Assembly: GCF_009914755.1 (NCBI RefSeq)
Contig: NC_060929.1
Source: the human T2T-CHM13v2.0 reference genome, Homo sapiens
Direction: 5' to 3' (one strand)
DNA length: 64,000 bases
Notes under the pieces: model-generated
Seen by the model: only the letters and a program-made list of their open reading frames with translations
Told to the model about the DNA's origin: nothing
Databases searched by the model: none
Program-made: the position numbers and the translations under genes
Shown here: one piece after another, positions 44,999 to 60,089 of the stretch
How positions within the stretch are numbered: position 1 is the stretch's first letter
How the letters are laid out: each line of letters starts with the position of its first letter

Positions 44999-46569
44999 CA
45001 GCAGACTGGGATGATGATACCCACTGTGTCTAGTGAAGCCTGATGCAGAGTAATTGTTAAATAGACATTGGTTTAATTGGATTAACCCAATAAAGATTCA
45101 CTCAGAAAAGACTGCTCTTCCATTAACCTGGTTCATGAAGGCATCCAAAGTTATGACTCTATGTAAACTTTGTAATTTTACAGCTATCTTCAGTGCCAGT
45201 TGCTTTAGTTGCTAAAAACAAAAGCAAAATCACCTCCTCCTCCAAAAGCCCTCACGGTGCAACAAAGAAGCAAAAGTTCGTGTACTTTTTAGTCCTTTTA
45301 TTTCCTCTTACTTCTATCCTGAAAATGCAGTTGAAGCTATAAGAGATGCTGATATAACTTTTAATTTAGATTTGGAGACTGATTGTACAGGGCCTACTTC
45401 CCATTTCTTGTTTACAAAAATCCCCTTCACCGACAGGAAAATATTGAGTCCTCTTAGTAATTCTGGACCACACTCTCTCCTCTTACTGTGAACACAGTTG
45501 GGGTAGACACAACCATTAGAATTATTGATATGCAATCTTGCTCAGGAATGAAGAGGATGGTGAAGAATCACAATTTATTGTCAGAAGGCTGAGTGTAGGT
45601 CAAAGGGCATCTTTTTCACAGGGACCCTTGGCAGACAACCAGAGAAGGTCCATCTGTTTAAAGGAGTGGTGTGCTTTGTCCCTCTCTGGAATATTCCAGT
45701 TCATATTCCTATCAAGTACTGGAAGTTTCTTTGCTGTGTGGCCTCTGTACACTGTCTCAAGCAGTTCTTTCCATTAGTCAGACTAAATTTAGAGGAAAAT
45801 GACATTTGAAACAATTTATCATTATCTTTAATAGATGAGGTAAAATTAGTGTTTTGCTTTTCTCTTTCACTTATCTTTACTATTTGCTTTATTGTAAAGT
45901 CTACTTTGAACTCTGGAGCCCTGAAAGCCAAATTTCTGGGGGAAAGTAACCCAGGATTAAATACAGATTGACACTTGTCCCTTCTTGCTCGTGTGATTTT
46001 GGGCTGCTTCCCCCTCTGTAAAATTAATACAATGACACTTGCTTCCCAGGACTGAAATACTGATTACATGCTTTGATCCATGTAAAGCTTTTAGGATGGT
46101 ATAGGAAAAGTAGCAAGGGCTGAATAAATGGCACTCATTATTATTATTTAGTAATGGGTTAATCTAGCCAGCAAGATTATCCCATTAGAATTATAGTCAT
46201 AGTGAAGATAGTCATATTAAAATATTATCAAATTTGAGACTTGCTGACTTTTGAGAAACCACCCATTTAGTTTTCTTGTATGTAGTGATACATTGTTTAT
46301 CACAAGAAATTTAAAATCTATGCAGACAATACCACATTTTGATTTGCAGTTTTACTTAGGGAACAGGAATGAGTTAAGGCTTTTAGGAGGACAGGATGAA
46401 GTGGTATCTACTCAGACCACTAAAACAGCATTCCCATTCTGTGCTTCACAGACACTGGTATTTTATCACTTGCTAAGAAGCATAGCAGGAGAAAGGGTTC
46501 TGCAGTCAAATACATTCAGGCAATTTCTGTCATTGCAATAACTGGATGGATTTTGCCTTGGGCTGCTCA

Positions 46570-47265
46570 AGTGAAAAACCTAGGAATCTTTTAAATCCCT
46601 TTTGCCCTTGCCCCACAGTATCCATTTCACCAACAAGTCTTCTCTCTCTGCTTCCAAGTTACACCCTCTGCACATCCACATCTTCTTGGCTATGCCTTCT
46701 TACAGCGTATTCTAGGCTACCAAGAAACCTACCTGCCAGCTCCAATGCTTTGTGCTCTCTAGAGCATATCCAGACTGATCTTGGAACAGTTAAATCCCAT
46801 TATACTTAATTCCCCTGCTCCAATTGCTCCTTGGCTTTCCATTGCACTTAAATCCAAATGCCTTCCTTTTCCCTGCCTGTCTCTGATCTTCTCTCATGTT
46901 CCATTCTGCTCCATTAACTCCACTCTGGCTCTGTAGCCCTTAGTTCTGTCCTTGAATATGACAGTCTCACTTCTGGTTTAGTGCATTTGCCTGGTAATCA
47001 CCTGCCCAGAGAGCTCTCCCTTCAGAGCTCTGTTTTCTAGCCAACTCCTCAGACCACTTACCCTTACATGCTGTATCACATCTCCTTGTTTCATGTTATT
47101 TTACTTTTGGAGGCTAAATTATCTTGTCCATTTGTTTGTTACTTCTTCCTAGCCTGCCTGGGGTGTAAGTTTTTGAAAACAGGGATGTTGTTTGACCATC
47201 AAGAGCTTGGAACAGTGCCTGGCATTTCACAGGCATGCAAATGTTTACTGTATGAATGAATGAAA
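46570..47265 (+). mobile_element. L2 3' region
   Basis: Pyrimidine-rich body ending acagtgcctggcatttcacagg..aaatgtttactgtatgaatgaatgaa. Confidence 0.7.
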
Positions 47266-47964
47266 TACTAGCTAAATAACAGCAGATGCTACACCTTACA
47301 CAGCCTTAAAACTACTAATGTATGTTAGGAATCTCTGAGTAAATACAGCTATAGGAAGTTGTTTCCCTGCCTTATTTGACCACAGAACACTTTTTTTTGT
47401 GTGAAATATCTGTTCATAGGACACTGGTATTTTACTGAATATAATTTGAGAAACATTGTATTATGAATATTGTTGATAAAAGATAGTACTAAGCCTATTT
47501 CTGCATACTAGAGTTCATGGTGTGAGGGGTCCAAATTTATTCCTATTTTGAAAAGCCTGCCTTTGGACTGCTGCAGTGCCAGAAATGCATGCTGTTCTCA
47601 TTCTTTTGCACTAATATATTGAAGCCTCTTATAATAACAATGTGCTATTTTGGAGCAAAATCACATTAAGTTTTCATTGGCCAATCATCTTGGCATGAAT
47701 TAGTCCTCTTCTGTCTGACCACCTAGCAGAGGCCTGACTCTAAACCATCAGAGCTTTGACAGGTAAACTGTGATAAGAGAGGAGAGGGAGAGGCAGAGCA
47801 TGGGCTACCCAGGCCTGGAGTAGGCTTGTGGGAACCAGGGAATTGCTGGGAGGATGGAGCCTCTGAAGGAGCAACTCGACAGAAGGAGTAGGGAAGGGAA
47901 GGTATGGGAGGGCTGTAGAGACCAACTCCCACTGCAGTTTTGAGCTGTCATTATTCCAGGAGTC

Positions 47965-48135
47965 CGGTTCCTGTAAGACTTGAGTTTTCTATTAGAAATG
48001 TGCTTAGCTTTCTGGAAATCTTCCACCTAGACAGCCATTTTAGGAAAAGTAGCCAAGTGGTGTTGAGGGCCAGCCTCCTGTTTTTGATTTAAAGATATAT
48101 TGAATAGTAGTTCTTGAGGTCTTTTCCCCCAAACT
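47965..48135 (+). repeat. Source copy of a ~165-bp direct duplication (second copy 49105-49268)
   Basis: Both copies contain tgtgcttagctttctggaa.tcttccacctagacagccattttag...gccagcctcctgtttttgatttaaagatatattgaatagt...gaggtcttttcccccaaact. Confidence 0.95.
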
Positions 48136-48620
48136 CTAGTTTGCAAGCAATAGAAACAAAAATGGCAAAATAACATTTGTGTTCACTAGATTTTTTAAAG
48201 ATAAGCCTGTTAGCCATAAAGTAAATCACCATTTTGCTTTCTGTATAATCATATTTTTAGATGAAACTTGCAAAATGAAAACTTGGGGACAATTTTAAAA
48301 TTTTAAATAAGGAAGAATATCTTGGGCACTATGACTGTAAGATGATTTGAAGTGCTATAAAAATGTTCCTAGATGTTCAATTAAATGCTTTTCTTAGACC
48401 TTGCAGAAGTTGTTAAACATCACACGTTAAACAAACGTTATTTCTTTCATTGTATATTTCACCTTCAAATGACGTGTGTGTGTGAGTGTGTGTATGATAA
48501 ATATAATGTGTTTATTTTAAACCCTAAAGCAATTCTAGAAAAGTGAATGTCAGGTGGAAATTTGTTTTTCAAAATTCTTAGAATGCCTACATAGAATACT
48601 TTATTAGATGGCTACTTTAA

Positions 48621-48940
<320 letters not shown>

Positions 48941-48941
<1 letters not shown>

Positions 48942-49437
48942 AGCTCCAGAATATTTCATTTGAAAAATGTTTCTTCTGGTTTCAAACAGTTTAATAACCA
49001 TAATCTATTTAGGAAATCTTCTAGTAAAAAGGAAAGAATACCAAAATGTTACTGAACTGATTTCTAATCAACAAAACTTAAAAAAAAGTAATTATTAATT
49101 ATTACTGTTCCTGTTGATTTTTCTGTTAGAATTGTGCTTAGCTTTCTGGAACTCTTCCACCTAGACAGCCATTTTAGAAAGAGTAGCCAAGGGTGTTGAG
49201 GGCCAGCCTCCTGTTTTTGATTTAAAGATATATTGAATAGTGGTTGTTGAGGTCTTTTCCCCCAAACTTAATAATTATTAATTGTTAAGAATGTTTTTAA
49301 GTTTTGTTGATCAGAAATCAATTTAGTAACATTTTAGTATTCTTTCCTCTTTACTAGAAGATTTCCTAAATAGATTCTGGTTTTTAAACTGTTTGAAATC
49401 AGCAGAAACACTTTTCAAATGGAATATCCTGGAGCTC
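48941..49437. repeat. Long inverted repeat (arms 48941-49104 and 49269-49437) enclosing a 164-bp duplicated loop
   Basis: Reverse complement of 48941-49084 matches 49294-49437 with 12 mismatches in 144 by hand alignment. Inner AT-rich ends 49089-49104 and 49269-49284 also pair. Confidence 0.95.
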
Positions 49438-50810
49438 CAATATATAGAACAAATATCCTGACTTGCATGCTCATAAATTATGTGAATTTTAGAAAAATTT
49501 CTTAACATTTTTTACTCTATTTATTCTTCTACAAAGTGGAGATAACAATATTTATTTTATGGACTTGTTGCAAGGACTAAATTATATAATCTGTGGGTTA
49601 TCATGTGCTCAGTGCATGACATAAAACAGATCCTCAACAAATGCCCATTTTTTTTCCCTACATTTCTTCTTCGCTGTCCTTCTCTTTGCTCCAGTCATAC
49701 CCACTGAGTTCCTACTATGTGCCTAGCACTTGCTAGATACTAGGGATAGCAACAGTGAACAAGGCCTGGTTCCTGACCTCAGTCTGGTTAGAGAGGCCCT
49801 TTTCATTACACATCTTTACTGTGGCTTGAAGCTTGATGATATGACTTATCATCTTATAACGATGGAGATAATAGAGGAATATCAATATAAGTTCACATAT
49901 AGTAGCCAGGGTTCCAAAGTCAAGTTAAAAATCACTCGAGGTAGACAAGTGATTTTGTGGGAGATTAATAAGTGTTTGGTACCCAGGATTCCAAAGTCAA
50001 GTTAGAAAACATTAGGGCAGACCAAATTAAGCTGGTTTCTTCACAGCATGACTTCTCAGATCTTCTCTCTTGGGAATGTGCAATATGACTTTCTAAGGAA
50101 ATTTCTGGCACTTCTGTGCACATATTAGGGGCTCAACAAATATTCGTTTATTCAAATCAGTGGTACACATATTTTGTGGGACTTTATAGAGAAGAAAAGG
50201 AAATTTCCAGCAGAGGCTACCATTCTCCTGTTGGCTGTACTTCCTTTCCCTGTGTGGGATTCACATTGGACATAAAAATTTTCTACTTTCAATAAGTAGA
50301 AAAGGGGGTGAAGAGGGCACTCAAGGAAGGAGAAGGAGAATGTGATAAGTTCTACTTCGTTGTGGAGTAAACAGTAAACAACTGTTTTTCTATGGAGGAT
50401 TATGAATTATAGTAATTGAATAAAAGTTAGAATAAGAAGAAAGTAGCATTCATGCAGTGCTTGAAAAGCTGAATAAAGTATCAGTGAAGATGTTTTATAA
50501 GATTGTTCACTTTTCCACTGAGAATTTTGTAATAATTTTGGATTTCATGCCTGTTATTTCAACCCTGTGAAATGGTTAGGGCATTTTGTATAGTTGCATG
50601 ATTCTAAAGCTCTTCCAAAGCAAGATAAGTAAAATGATAAGACCCTTTTTTTAAAAAAAAAAAAAAAATCTGAAGTCACTAACATTTTAGAATGAAACAG
50701 AAGCTGGTGAAAATGTAAACGTGTTTAGAAGTAATTTTATGTGTGTATGATAAAGTTGTTTACTGTTCCTCAAACAATATACCATATACCTAATTCTTAC
50801 CATCTTCCCT

Positions 50811-51156
50811 TGTATATTAGTCTGTTTTCACACTGCTATAAAGAAATACTACCTAAGACTGACAATTTATAAAGAAAAGAGGTTTAATTGACTCAGTTTC
50901 GCATGGTGGGAGGCCTTAGGAAACATAATCATGGTGGAAGGGGAAGGAAGGCATGTCTTATGTGGTGGAAGGAGAGAGAGAAGGAAAACTGCCACTTATC
51001 AGATCTTGTGAGAACTCCCTCACTATCATGAGAACAGCATGGGGTTCTCCCCACCCCGCCATGATCAAATCACCTCCCACCTGGTCCCTTCCCTGAATTG
51101 TGGGTATTACAATTCGAGATGAGAATTGGGTGGGGACACAGAGTCAAACCATATCA
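50811..51156 (-). mobile_element. MaLR solo LTR (THE1D/MSTA-like)
   Basis: attagtctgttttcacactgctataaagaaatac...gggtggggacacagagtcaaaccatatca (TGATATGGTTTG start on the minus strand). Confidence 0.88.
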
Positions 51157-52789
51157 CCTACCTTCTTTTAATCCTCCTATTCCAGATATTTGTGCTAGGA
51201 ATCCCACTGCCCTGATCCTGCCTCATGTTGTCCTCACCCTGACCACCTGGGGTCTTACTTCTCCCCATTTCCTTTCCATCTGTTTGCATGGACCACTATA
51301 TTGGCTTTCCTGATGTTTGGGCTTGCACCGGAAAAGTATCTGTTCTAGATCCCATATTCCTTCTATCCTTGCTAGAGGTACTAACTCATCAGTCTACTAA
51401 ACTGGTACTCGTAGGAGAAGCTTAAAGAAGAGCTGAAAGACTCTCCTTCAGGTTCCCCAAAATTCTGTAAATTTTACTAGGATCTTTCTGAAGGCCAAAT
51501 TCCATCTTTATGGATTGAATCCCAGTGTTCCTGAACCTGTCAATCACAAAGACCTCTTATAATTTTTTCCCACAATTTTATAAGATTTTTGTCTACTAAA
51601 CAAACACAACCAACGATATATTTTTCCTATTAATTAGAGTTTCTGTTTAGCTTGAAGTAAGTATCAGCACACTGAGTTCTACAACTAAAATCACAAGAAA
51701 AGAAACTTGATGTGCACGTGTATTTCAGACAAATGTAGGATATATAAAGAGACCTTTGATATTAGAAAAAAGCTCTAGTACCCTAATTAGGAAAATCATT
51801 TAAACTAAATGAAGATTTAGTGAAAGATTTCAGGAGGCGGTATTATCTCTGGCTTGTTGGGAGATTTTGAAGAGCAATAGGATTTGATGCACCCTCAATT
51901 CATATTATATTAGCAGTTGCCAGTAGCTATTAGCTATTTCCCTTACTCTCATGAATATTTACACAACATATGTGTGAAAATTTCTCCTTTGTAGATGTAT
52001 AGTTGGGGGAGGGGATTTCTGAAATGCAACTTTGCACTGATAATTTGTAGTATGAACTTAATGGTCATTCTTCTCCAAAGTTAGCAAATAATTGAGGGTA
52101 ATCTTAAGCTAGTACCACAGAGGTTCCAAAAAATATACTAAATGTCAAGGATTTAGTGATTAAGAAAAGACAAATGCCAGGTCTTCCCTTACTACCATTC
52201 TCACTAGAAGATGGTTTTATCAGCTGATCTTCCCAGGAGGTGAAATCCTTTAACTACACAAGCTATATTTATTCTTGAGAACTGACCTTTTTATTTATGG
52301 CAATTTGAAGAAATAAAGGACTTCAATTCTTCATCGTGTTTAAGGAGAGCCACAGTAGAGATTCTGTACTAGCAGAGGAGAGAACAAACTGGAAAATCAG
52401 TCAGGAGCTGAAGTGGAGGAGTAAGTGTCTGTGACAGCACCTGAGAATTAATGTTGAGAGAGAAAAATGAAGATCTTGCAAATCTATACTTGCTGTCAGA
52501 TTCTGCAAATGAAATCATATTAACACTAAAGCAAATTGTGTGGTTTTTGGACTTCGACAAAAAGAGAAGAGGAAATGTTAAGGCTTAAGGGAGAAAAAAT
52601 CAAATTCTTTCTATGAAATACAATAGTAAGGTAGAGAGTGGGAGAAAAAAAATCGCTGGAAAAGGCCAGAGAGTAAACTTTACATATTTGGTAACCAGGA
52701 TAATAGATGTAAAGGGAGTCATTGTTGAAGAAGAAATAAATGATTCTATACATTTTTTTAAAAAAATGAATTGGAACCAACAAGTTTCA

Positions 52790-53860
52790 TTTAAAAAAAG
52801 CACTTGGTATTAGAGTAGTTTTAAATTTATGGAAGCATTGCAAAGATAGTGCAGAGTTCTTATATAATCCACACCTAGTTTCCTCAACTGTTAACATCTT
52901 ACATTAGTATATACATTTATCACAATTAGTGAACCAATACTGACACATTATTATTAACTGAAGTCCGTGCTTTATTCAGATTTTCTAAGTTTTTTCCTGA
53001 TGTCTTTTTTTTTTTTCATTCTAGGATCCCATCCAGGATACCACAGAGCATTTAGTTGTCCATGTCCCTTAAGCTCCTCTTGGTTGTGATAGTTTCTCTG
53101 ACTTCTTTTGTTTCTGATGACCTTGACAGTTTCGAGGAGTACTAGTCAGGTATTTTCTAGAATATTCCTTAGCTGGGATTTGTCTAATGTTTTTCTTATG
53201 ATTACACTAGGTTATGAATTTTTGGGAGGAAAGCCACAGAGATAAAGTGCCATTCTCATCCCATCATGTCACAGGTGCATACTACCAATATGACCTATCA
53301 CCGTTGATGATGTAAACTTCGGTCACCTGGCAGAGTTACTGTGTCTGTTAAGTTCACTGTAAAGTTATTCTTTTACCCCTCACCCCATACTCTTTGGAAA
53401 GAAGTCACTATACGCAGCCCACACTTAAGAAGTAGTGAGTTATGTTCTACCACCTTGAGGGCAGAGTATCTATATAAATTATTTGGAATTCTTCTACAGA
53501 GATATATTTATTCTCCTCTAATTATTTATTCAATCATTTATGTATAGCAATATGGACTCATGGATATTTATTTTATACTTTGGGTTATACATCAATACTT
53601 CTTTATTTATTTTGTTGCCCAAATTATTCCAGGTTTGGCCATTGGGAACTCATTCAGTTGGCTCCTGTGTCTCTTTGACAAACACATTTTTGTGGTTAAA
53701 AACTTTTTTTTTGAGAACTTTTTACTTGTGACACCACAAGATGCTCCAGGCTCATCTTCTGTGTTTCCTGCCTCAGTCTTAGAATCAGCCATTTCTCCAA
53801 AGAGCTCTAATTCCCTTTATTGGAGAATAATATTTTAAACCAAGATCTGGGCACTATATG
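52790..53860 (-). mobile_element. L1MC4-like 3'UTR
   Basis: ttgcaaagatagtgcagagttc..., ggatcccatccaggataccac, gatgaccttgacagtttcgaggagtactagtcagg, gaatcagccatttctccaaagagc. Confidence 0.75.
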
Positions 53861-54030
53861 CTGCCAGCAGGGTTTTAATGGTTTAAGGGAAGATGTATAG
53901 TGAAGCCTCATAACTTTATTCAGGAGTGAAATAATCTGCTTTTCCTTAAACAAATATAATTTTTTTTCTTTTAAAATGTTAGTGTAGACTGCAACTTTTA
54001 GAAAAACAATCTCCAAATAATGGATAAAAC

Positions 54031-54238
54031 CAGGGTTGGCAATTTTTTTTTCTGTAAAGAATGAGATAGTAAGTATTTTAGGTTTTGTGGACAACTCTGT
54101 CTCTACTCTGCCACTGCAGTGCAAAAGCAGTCATAGGCAATATGTAAATGAATAGAAGTTGCTATCTTCTAATCAAATTTTATTTACAAAAAAAACCAGG
54201 CTGGATTTGGTCCATGAGGCCATAGTTGTCAACCTTTG
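54031..54238 (+). mobile_element. MER58A (hAT-Charlie MITE)
   Basis: TIRs cagggttggcaa and ttgtcaacctttg; degenerate 8-bp TSD gataaaac/aataagac. Confidence 0.85.
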
Positions 54239-54834
54239 AATAAGACCAATGAAAATCAAACAAAAAATATTTATTGGGCACTTACAAGGTGTAAGGAATA
54301 TACTAAAAGTAGATGTGGCAAATAAAAATAACAGAAAATGAAACATAAAAATGGAAAGATTCAGAGATTAGGTGAATGACCTAAAGTGACTTGACTCTGG
54401 TCCCTTTCTTCCTCTTTAGAGGGAGGATTAGATGAATATCTCTGAGCCACTTATCAGCTCGAAATTCTACGGTCAAATAATTCACCCTCATTACTTACAG
54501 ACAAGTGGAAATAGAATGTACGTGTAATAATAGCTTTATACTTTTTTTTCTCCCAGATTGAGACTATTGACAACATTTGTTTTTGAGTTATCCTGTGCAC
54601 AAAGCTATTTGATTTGGTTCTATGATAACTTGATTGGATATTCTCTTCACTACTAGGGCAAGAATTTTTAACCTGGATTCACTGGGTCTCCAGGAGGTTA
54701 ATGTTTCGAATTTTGTATGACAATGAGGAGTTTTCTACAAACATGAAATCAAATGCAAAATTTTGTGTGCCTATGTGCATCATCTGGGTAAGTATTCTAT
54801 AATTTTCACTAGCTTCCTAAAGAAGTGTGATCCA

Positions 54835-55315
54835 TGTATGAGTTAGGAATAGGTTTGTTTACATATAATAGAAAACCTAAAATAATGGTAGCTTAAACAA
54901 GAAAGAGGCTTATTTTTCTTTCATGTAACAGAGGTAGGCAGTTGAAGCCTCCTATGGTGGCTCCTTAGTATCTTCATGGATTCAAGCTGCTGAGATCCTT
55001 AGCATATGGTTATCATATTCAAGGTCACTTCAGGGTCAGTATGAGTGCTCCATCATCACACCCACAACTAGACAGTAGAAGGGGGATGAGGGAAAGTCTA
55101 AAAAGGTGTATCTCCCAACTAAGTCAGCTCCCTTTAAGGAGCCTTCACAGACATTCCACAGAATCCTCCATGTGAGTATCATTGACTAATACTGGCTGCA
55201 AAGGAATGTGGGAAATGTACCTGTAAACTGGACACATTGATACTCTGAATAAATGAAGGGTTCAGTTAAGTGAGGGAGGGATGCATATTGGATGGTCGTG
55301 TAGTAGTCTCTGCTT
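54835..55315 (-). mobile_element. Old MaLR LTR (MLT1J/K-like)
   Basis: gttaggaataggtttg..aataatggtagcttaaacaagaaagaggcttatttttc...ggctgcaaaggaatgtgggaaatgta. Confidence 0.65.
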
Positions 55316-55500
55316 TTACTTTAAAATTCTGAAGGCTAAATTCTATGCTGTTACTCTGAGGCAGAAAACATTTAATTGAATGGTATGGGAGCACATTGTG
55401 CTTAGCAAAGAGTTATTCATTTACCCATTTACTATTGAGTAATATTGGGCTATTTATGGAAATAAACTGCACCAACACCTTTAATGTTCTATTTGGAATC

Positions 55501-56027
55501 TGTATTCATTTCCTATTGCTGCTGTAACAATTTACCACAAACTTAATGGCTTATAATAGCATTAATTTATTCTTTTACATTTCCAGTTTCACTGGGCTAA
55601 AGTCAAGGTATTTGTAGGGCTAGTTCCCTCTGGAGTCTTAGGGGAGAATTTATTTCCTTGCCTCTTTCAGTTTATAGTGCCCACCTGTATTCCTTTGCTT
55701 GTGGCTCCTTCTTCCATCTTTAAAGTCCATCACTCCAAATTCTGCTTCTGTCATTACATTGCCTTTTCCTCTGACTCTGATTGCTTTTGCATTCTTATAA
55801 ATACTGTTGTGATTACATATGGTCCACCTAGCTAGCACAGGAGAATATCCCTATCTCAAGATCTTTAACTTAATTATACCTGCAAATTCCTTTTTGCCAT
55901 AAACCTTTTGTTTCTGTAGTATAATATCCCCCCAATATTCCCATGCCCTATTCCCAAGATTTTGAGGCATATTTGGGGGGATATGATATCACAGAAACCA
56001 TCCTTTTGGGGTATCATACCTGTCACA
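55501..56027 (-). mobile_element. MaLR LTR (MLT1C/D-like) with a locally rearranged end
   Basis: tgtattcatttcctattgctgctgtaacaatttaccacaaactta...cactgggctaaagtcaagg...ccctatctcaagatctttaacttaatt; ends cctgtcaca. Confidence 0.82.
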
Positions 56028-56297
56028 AATCTGTTAATCATTTAGCCCCCACCACTTTTGGCTACAGAAGTTTCTATTTAATCAATAGATGCTTGTGGTT
56101 GAATTGAATTGTTGAAATGGGCATACAGGAAGCAGGTCTTTCAATTTCTGCTCAGGGAGAATTAAATTCATTCGTTCATAATTCAACACATGTTTATTTA
56201 TTCAGCACCTGTTATGTGTTAGGCACTGTTTTATCCTTCTTCCCTTCCAAAATTACTTCTTCTGTAGTAAACGGAGATACAGTTGATTCAATTTTCT

Positions 56298-58623
56298 TAT
56301 TTTATTTTTAGATTCAGTGGGTACACGTAGAGGTTTGTTACATGGGTATATTGCATAATGCTGAGGTTTGGACTTCTAGTGAGTCCATGACTTAAATAGA
56401 GAACATAGTACCCAATAGGTAGTTTTTCAACCCTCATCCCCACCTAACCTCCCTGCTTTTGTACTCCCCAGTGCTTAATATTTCCCTCTTTATGTCCATG
56501 TATACCCACTGTTTAGCTCCCACTTGTAAGTGAGAACATGTGGTATTTGATTTTCTATTTCTATCCGTAGTGAGTTATTTCACTTAGGATAATGACCTCC
56601 AGCTCCATCCATGTTGCTGTGATGAAAATGAATTTATTCTTTTTTATGGCTGCATAATATTCCATGGTCTGTATATATACACCAAATTTTCTTTATCCAG
56701 TCCATCATCAATGGACACTTAGGCTGATTTCATGAATTTGCTATTGTGAATAGTGCTGCAATACACACACAAGTGCAAGTGTCTTTTTGATAGAATGATT
56801 TTTTTCCTTTGGGTAGATATCCAGTGGTGGGACTGCTGAGTCATTATGATGCTTCTATTTTTAGTTCTTTGAGAAGTCTCCATACTGTTTTCCATAGAGG
56901 TTGAACTAATTTACATTCCCATCAATGGTGTATAAGCATTGCCTTTTCTCTGCATCCTTGCCAACATCTGCTATTAAATATTTTTTCACTCTTTAATATA
57001 GCCATTCTGACTAGTGTGAGATGGTATCTCATTGTGGTTTTGATTTGCATTTCTCTGATGATTAGTGATGTTGAACATTTTTTCATATGTTTATTGGCTG
57101 CCTTTAGGTCTTCTTTTGAGAAGTATCTGTTGGTGTCTTTTGTGCACTTTTTAAAGGAATTATTATTATTTTTATTATTATTTTCATGGATTTAAGTTTC
57201 TTATAGATTCTGAATATTAGTTTCAAATGCATTGTTTGCAAATATTTTCTGCCATTCTGTAGGTTGTCTTTTTGTTCTGTTGATTATTTATTTTGCTGTG
57301 CAGAAGCTCTTTAGTTTAATTAAGTCCCATTTGTCTATTTTTGTTTTTGTTGCATTTGTTTTTGAGGTATTAGTCATAAATTCTTTGTCTAAGACAATAT
57401 CCAGAAGAATACTTCTTAGGTTTTCTTCTAGAATTATTATAGTTTGAAGTATTATATTTAAGTTTTTAATCCATCTTGAGTTAATTTTTTATATGGTGAC
57501 AGGTAAGAGTCCAGTTTCATTCTTCTGCACATGGCTAGCCAGTTTTCCCAGTACAGTTTATTGACTAGAGTGTCCTTTCCCCATTGTTTATCTTTATCTA
57601 CTTCATCAAAGATCAGTTGGTTGTAGGTATGTGGTTTTATTTATGGTTTCTTTATTCTGTTCCATTGATCTATGTGTCTATTTCTATATCAGTACAATGT
57701 TGTTTGGGTTTCTATAGCCTTGTAGTATAGTTTGTAGTATAGTTTGAAGTCAGGCAATGTGATGCCTCTGGCTTTTTTCTTTTTACTTAAGATTGCTTTA
57801 GCTATTCAGGTTCTGTTTCTGGTTTCATATGAATTTTAGAACTGTTTTTTCTAATTCTGTGAAAAATGATGTTGGTAATTTGATAGGAATTGTGTTGAAT
57901 CTGGGATTGCTTTGGGTAATATAGTCATTTTAGCAATATTGATTCTTCCTATCCATGAACGTAAGATGTTTTTCCATGGTAGTGTCATCTGTGATTTTTT
58001 CATCAGTGTTTTGTAGTTCATTTTGTAGAGAACTTTTAATTCTTTGATTAGACGTATTCCTAAGATTTTATTTTTTGTGTGTGGCTATTATAGATGGCAT
58101 TGCATTCTTGATTTGATTCTCTGCTTAAACGTTGGTGTATAGAAACACAACTGATTTTTGTGCATGAATTTTGTATCCTGAAACTTTTCTGAATTATCTA
58201 CCAGGTCTAGGAGTCTTTTGGAGGAATCTTTAGGGTTTTCTAAGTATGGGATTGTGTCATCAGTGAACACAGATAATTGGACTTCCTCTTTTTCTATTTG
58301 GATATCTATTATTTCTTTATCATGCCTGATTGCTTTGGCTAGGACTTACAGTACTCTGTTGAATAGGAGTGGCAAGCGTGGATCAGCATCCTTGCCTTGT
58401 TCCAGTTCTTAAGAAGAATGCTTTTAACTTTCCCCTATTCGGTATGATGTTGGCTGTGGGTTTGCCATAGAAGGTTCTTAATATTTTGAGGTGTCTTCCT
58501 TCCATGCCTAGTTTCTTGAGGGTTTTTATCATGAAGGGATGTTGGATTTTATTGAGTGCTTTTTCTGCATCTGTTGAGATAAGATGATTATATGGTTTTT
58601 GTTTTTAATTCTGTTTATGTGGT
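56298..58623 (-). mobile_element. 5'-truncated LINE-1 (L1PA16-like), 2.3 kb
   Basis: Perfect 16-bp TSD gttgattcaattttct at 56282-56297 and 58624-58639; RT fragment FTDDTIPYLENPKDS (58088-58270); 3'UTR catagtacccaataggtagtttttcaaccc. Confidence 0.93.
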
Positions 58624-58639
58624 GTTGATTCAATTTTCT

Positions 58640-59720
<1,081 letters not shown>

Positions 59721-59892
59721 TGATGGGAAAAAACTCCAGGGTATCTTCAAAACCTAAGTGGAACAATGAAAAGCAATACTCAGCTATTTTGTATTCTTAT
59801 GAACCTTCTGTCTACTGTCTATTAATTGTGCACATAAGCTTATAGAGAACAATGAAACATTTTCATTTCTGAAGATAGTATTGCTGTTTGAT

Positions 59893-60089
59893 GAGTGGTT
59901 CTCAAACTTTAATGTGTATTAGAGTCACCTGTGTCACCTGCCTGGTTTGTTAAAATACAATTGCTTGATCCCACCCTCAAAGTTTCTGATTCAGTAGGTC
60001 TGGGCTGGGGCATGAGACTTTTCAGGTCTCAATAGTTCAACAGTGATGCTTCTGCTACTGGTCTGAGGATCATACTTTGAGAAACACTG
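59893..60089. mobile_element. MER5A (hAT-Charlie MITE)
   Basis: TIRs agtggttctcaaactt and actttgagaaacactg; internal gtttctgattcagtaggtctggg. Confidence 0.85.
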
